From Deltaproteobacteria bacterium TL4 (GTDB lineage Bacteria; SAR324; NAC60-12): a stretch of DNA of 29,815 nt. Location: the NCBI GenBank assembly GCA_051382335.1, contig JBBCAX010000375.1, forward strand, positions 1 to 29,815. The letters are read 5' to 3'. Of this stretch, positions 26,724 through 29,815 are shown piece after piece. Below the pieces are notes generated by a model. The model ran no database searches. It saw only the letters and a list, made by a program, of their open reading frames with translations, and was not told the origin of the DNA. Position 1 is the stretch's first letter. Each line of letters starts with the position of its first letter. A program made the position numbers and the translations under genes.

Positions 26724-28730
26724 TTATTTAACTCGAGCTTCCAGCCAATGAATCAAATCGTTGAGTGTGACAAACTCTTCAGCGGCCTCCAAATCCAGGA
26801 CCGGATATTTTCGTTCGACAGCGTCTAGAAACTCGACTTCTGCCATGGAATCACCGCCTAAATCAGCAATGGGAACATCCAAAACCGGGTTTTGTTTCAC
26901 AATTTCTTTAAACAAACGCACAATGGTTTCTTTGATGCCTTGTTCGGTTGCTTGAGGACTTTCACTTTCCTCATCTACAATCCGTTGTAATAATCCCTCG
27001 AAGACCTGTTCTTTGATGAATCGGATTTTATTGGCTTGATGCTTCACTTTACCACTGGAGGTTTTCGTAATGGTTCCAGGCTTGAGATAGAGGCGTTCGG
27101 CTGGATGAATCTGGAAATTGAGACCCATATGCTCCACCACTTTTTTATCCAAGGCAGGCAGAATATATTTTTCAAACACGTTCATATCTTTTAACAAATC
27201 CTTCTGAACCTCTATCGCCAGGGCTAAATGTTCTGCATTTTCGTCAGAAGTCACAGCATACGCAATGGCACAGCCAGGTCGGATTTCTTCAAGATTAAAA
27301 AGGACAAATTCAAGGTCTTGAGGGTAATAATTACGCCCGCGGATGATAATGATATCCTTGATTCTCCCCGCAAAATAAAGGTTTCCTTTCCAAAGCAAGC
27401 CCAAGTCCCCTGTATTTAAATAAACCCCTTCTTTCCCTTTAATTTTTTGACGGAAGGTTTTTTCTGTCGCCTCAGGATTGTTATAGTAACCTTGACAAAC
27501 ACTGGGCCCCCCAATCGTAATTTCACCCACTTCACCTTCAGGCAACGCTTCATCATTCGGCCCTTTGATCACAATTTCATGACCGTGCATGTGCGTTCCC
27601 AAGTTAATTAAAACCTTTCGATCTTCCTCAGTTTCATCAACCAACTTCAGTTTTTTCTCATTTTCAAGAGCATTTCGATCAACGGTTAAGGCCGACAGCC
27701 CTTCTGATTCTGAAAACATAATTACCGTTTCGGCCATTCCAAAACCTGGACGGACCACGGTGGGTTTCAAGCCACAATCCGCATAGAAATCATTAAAGGC
27801 TTTCGTTGCAGAATAATGAACCGGCTCCGCTCCAATCACGGAGGAAACCATGCTGGAAAGGTCCAAGCCTTTTTTATCTTCAGCAGAAACTTTTCTGACA
27901 CAAAGATCATAGCCAAAGGGCGGCGCGTAACTGTAAGCGCACTGGTATTTAGACATCATCTTAACCCAGCGGAACGGCTTGCGAATAAAATGCGCGGGCG
28001 TCATGAGACTCACAAACCCGCCATTATACATGGCGCCTAACATGCCTGCGGCCAATCCGAAATCATGAAAAAGCGGAAGCCATAACGCGGTTCCCCGACC
28101 TGCTTCCCAGTCGCCAAAAATACGGGCCTGTTCCATGTTTGCCAAGATATTGCGGTGGCCCACCATAATCCCTTTGGGGGTTCCTGTACTTCCCGATGAA
28201 AATTGCAAATACGCAGTATCGTTTGCTTTTATTTCAGGTTGCTCAAAACGCCTGTCGGTTTCCGCCAATAATTCCTGATCTGATAAAATGGTAAGTTTGG
28301 CAAATATTGGTTGTAACTGAGGCGGAAGCTGAGAACGAAGGAAAGCGACCATAGGAACGGTTGCGACTAACAGCTTGGGTTGACTGGCTTTCAGCGTAGG
28401 TACAAAATTTTCCATATAAGCCAGCATTTGCTTCGGTCCTCCAGGTTCGGCAAGAGGAACAGGCATCACCCCCGCATAAAGGCAGCCATAGAATATTTTT
28501 ATAAACTCAAGACTACTGGGAAGGATCACAAAGGCACGATCTCCCTTGGACACCCCGTGATGCTGCAAAGCACCCCCCACTTGCTTTGACGCAAGGTCCA
28601 GTTGTTTGAAGGTGAGGCATGTTTCCTGGTCGTCGCCATCGTCTAAAAAAATGATATGATTTTTATCAGGGTGATCCATCGCATGTTGTTGCGCAACATG
28701 CACAATGGTCGCTTTCTCCCGTGCTGGCAT
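26724..28730 (-). CDS. Fatty acyl-AMP ligase fused to C-terminal acyl carrier domain
   Basis: AYLQFSSGSTGTPKG, WLPLFHD.GL, GAEPV, GFGMAE, a FAAL-type insertion (TVDRNAL), TGDLG, GRIKD..I.RG.NYYPQD and KTSSGK. C-terminal DLGGDS phosphopantetheine motif. ATG 28730 has an AAGGAG RBS. Confidence 0.9.
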   Translation of the reverse strand: MPAREKATIVHVAQQHAMDHPDKNHIIFLDDGDDQETCLTFKQLDLASKQVGGALQHHGVSKGDRAFVILPSSLEFIKIFYGCLYAGVMPVPLAEPGGPKQMLAYMENFVPTLKASQPKLLVATVPMVAFLRSQLPPQLQPIFAKLTILSDQELLAETDRRFEQPEIKANDTAYLQFSSGSTGTPKGIMVGHRNILANMEQARIFGDWEAGRGTALWLPLFHDFGLAAGMLGAMYNGGFVSLMTPAHFIRKPFRWVKMMSKYQCAYSYAPPFGYDLCVRKVSAEDKKGLDLSSMVSSVIGAEPVHYSATKAFNDFYADCGLKPTVVRPGFGMAETVIMFSESEGLSALTVDRNALENEKKLKLVDETEEDRKVLINLGTHMHGHEIVIKGPNDEALPEGEVGEITIGGPSVCQGYYNNPEATEKTFRQKIKGKEGVYLNTGDLGLLWKGNLYFAGRIKDIIIIRGRNYYPQDLEFVLFNLEEIRPGCAIAYAVTSDENAEHLALAIEVQKDLLKDMNVFEKYILPALDKKVVEHMGLNFQIHPAERLYLKPGTITKTSSGKVKHQANKIRFIKEQVFEGLLQRIVDEESESPQATEQGIKETIVRLFKEIVKQNPVLDVPIADLGGDSMAEVEFLDAVERKYPVLDLEAAEEFVTLNDLIHWLEARVK

Positions 28731-29171
28731 ATTAATCTCCTTAAAGTATCCGAGTGTATCCAATTTTGATCCATCTTTGAAACAGACTGTTGCATGAATC
28801 AGAGGTTCAAGGGTGCTGAAAACTCGCAACTTTTTATAACCCTCTTCTCAAAGTTACAATTCCAAAACTTCTTTCCTCTCAAGATAAACCCTCCACAAGG
28901 CTATTTTAAGAGTCAACCTCTTGAATCTCTTCGGGAAAATTTGGAGTCTATCTGAGCTCATTATGGCGCCCAATACGCGATTCACTTTGAATGCTCTTGT
29001 TAAAAGATTTACCGTGGGGTACTTAAGCGCATCCTACAACGCACTAATTAACTGAAGGCCGACTATTTCCAAAGTCCGTTCTTGGCACACATCTGTCTCC
29101 TTTTTTACAGACTTATATCTCACATTGAGCAGGTGGATATGATATTTTAGTGTTTTATCATTTCCTCAATT

Positions 29172-29513
29172 TTAAAAATGTATCATTGTCATAAGCATAA
29201 ACCTGATCCAGACTCCGACCCAGTTTGAACCGGTTGAAATAGGAAACTGATGCTCAAACAACAAATAAACGAGGACTTCACGTTGGGTGTTTTGGGTTTC
29301 CACTTGAAACAGCAAATCGGATTCGCTGGCTTGGTATTCCTCATCAATGAATTCCTTTTCAATCAATCGCATGGAACTCCAATCGAGTGTTTCCGCCAAC
29401 TCCGAGGGCAGATAACTCTGAAAAAAACTCGCGGCTTCTTTGGTATCAGAAAAGACCGTTTTGAAAAGCTTATCGTGCGGATTATGAATTGTGTCTTGAG
29501 TGAATTTTTTCAT
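29172..29513 (-). pseudogene. Rpn/YhgA-like recombination-promoting nuclease, truncated
   Basis: NPHDKLFK..FS, LP.EL...LDW, SDLLF.V and VYLLFEHQ motifs, followed by unrelated sequence and an early stop. Confidence 0.85.
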
Positions 29514-29684
29514 GGGCAGGTCTCGTATCGTTTCGATTTAAGGGGTACATCGGCAACGTACCTAAACACCTAAACACCCCATACCAAACAAGGCAAATAT
29601 TCCTTAAATAGGAACATTGAAGGAGAAGAGGCTAATTCAACTTTCTGGAGTGTTCTCGTAATAAAAGACAGAAAAGCTCAACGA

Positions 29685-29815
29685 CTACAATAGTTGCTGT
29701 TTCAGTTGCTTAAGCATCAACTCTAATTCTTCCATTGTTTTCGCCATCAACTCTTCTTTTGAGTTCTGAGTTTGCTTAAGCATTAATTGAAAGGCTCTAA
29801 CCTGTCCAATCAAGT
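29685..29815 (-). CDS. 3' end of a gene entering from the right edge, resembling an Rpn-family C-terminal tail
   Basis: The frame reads LIGQVRAFQLMLKQTQNSKEELMAKTMEELELMLKQLKQQLL* (TAG 29685-29687), similar to helical C-termini that follow the E/G-rich repeat of Rpn proteins. Confidence 0.55.
   Translation of the reverse strand, partial: LIGQVRAFQLMLKQTQNSKEELMAKTMEELELMLKQLKQQLL

Noticed and set aside
8557..28589. Numerous 60-154 aa antisense or out-of-frame ORFs inside the glycan cluster
   Set aside because: They are shadows of well-supported minus-strand genes.
28830..29170. JUMPstart/ops element, riboswitch or RNA gene upstream of the cluster
   Set aside because: No GGCGGTAG ops motif, tRNA fold or recognisable RNA structure seen by eye.
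29559..29577. ACCTAAAC tandem duplication
   Set aside because: Two 8-bp copies only, likely slippage.

Overview
This is a bacterial window of roughly 40% GC with two regimes. Positions 1-4.4 kb are a scarred accessory patch: a C-terminally truncated LpxR-like gene and an N-terminally truncated VOC gene meet at a 131-bp MITE that carries a REP doublet. They are followed by an orphan integron-type cassette (gene plus attC), an intact IS630 with TIRs and TA duplication, a doubly broken lipoprotein pseudogene and an IS3-like remnant. Positions 4.7-7.2 kb hold an acyltransferase/SDR pair and a periplasmic binding protein. Positions 7.3-28.7 kb are a minus-strand surface-glycan cluster. It runs from a FAAL-ACP fusion through CDP-6-deoxyhexose genes (rfbF/rfbG/epimerases), GT2/GT4/GT-C transferases, methyltransferases, DegT-like, FemAB-like and deacetylase genes and a Wzy-like gene to NeuB. 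Inside the cluster, a GxxExxY gene sits within a split palindrome with 21-bp direct repeats, which looks like a non-canonical mobile unit. The window ends in Rpn/YhgA-like gene fragments. All product calls come from motif recognition by eye; no database search was run.
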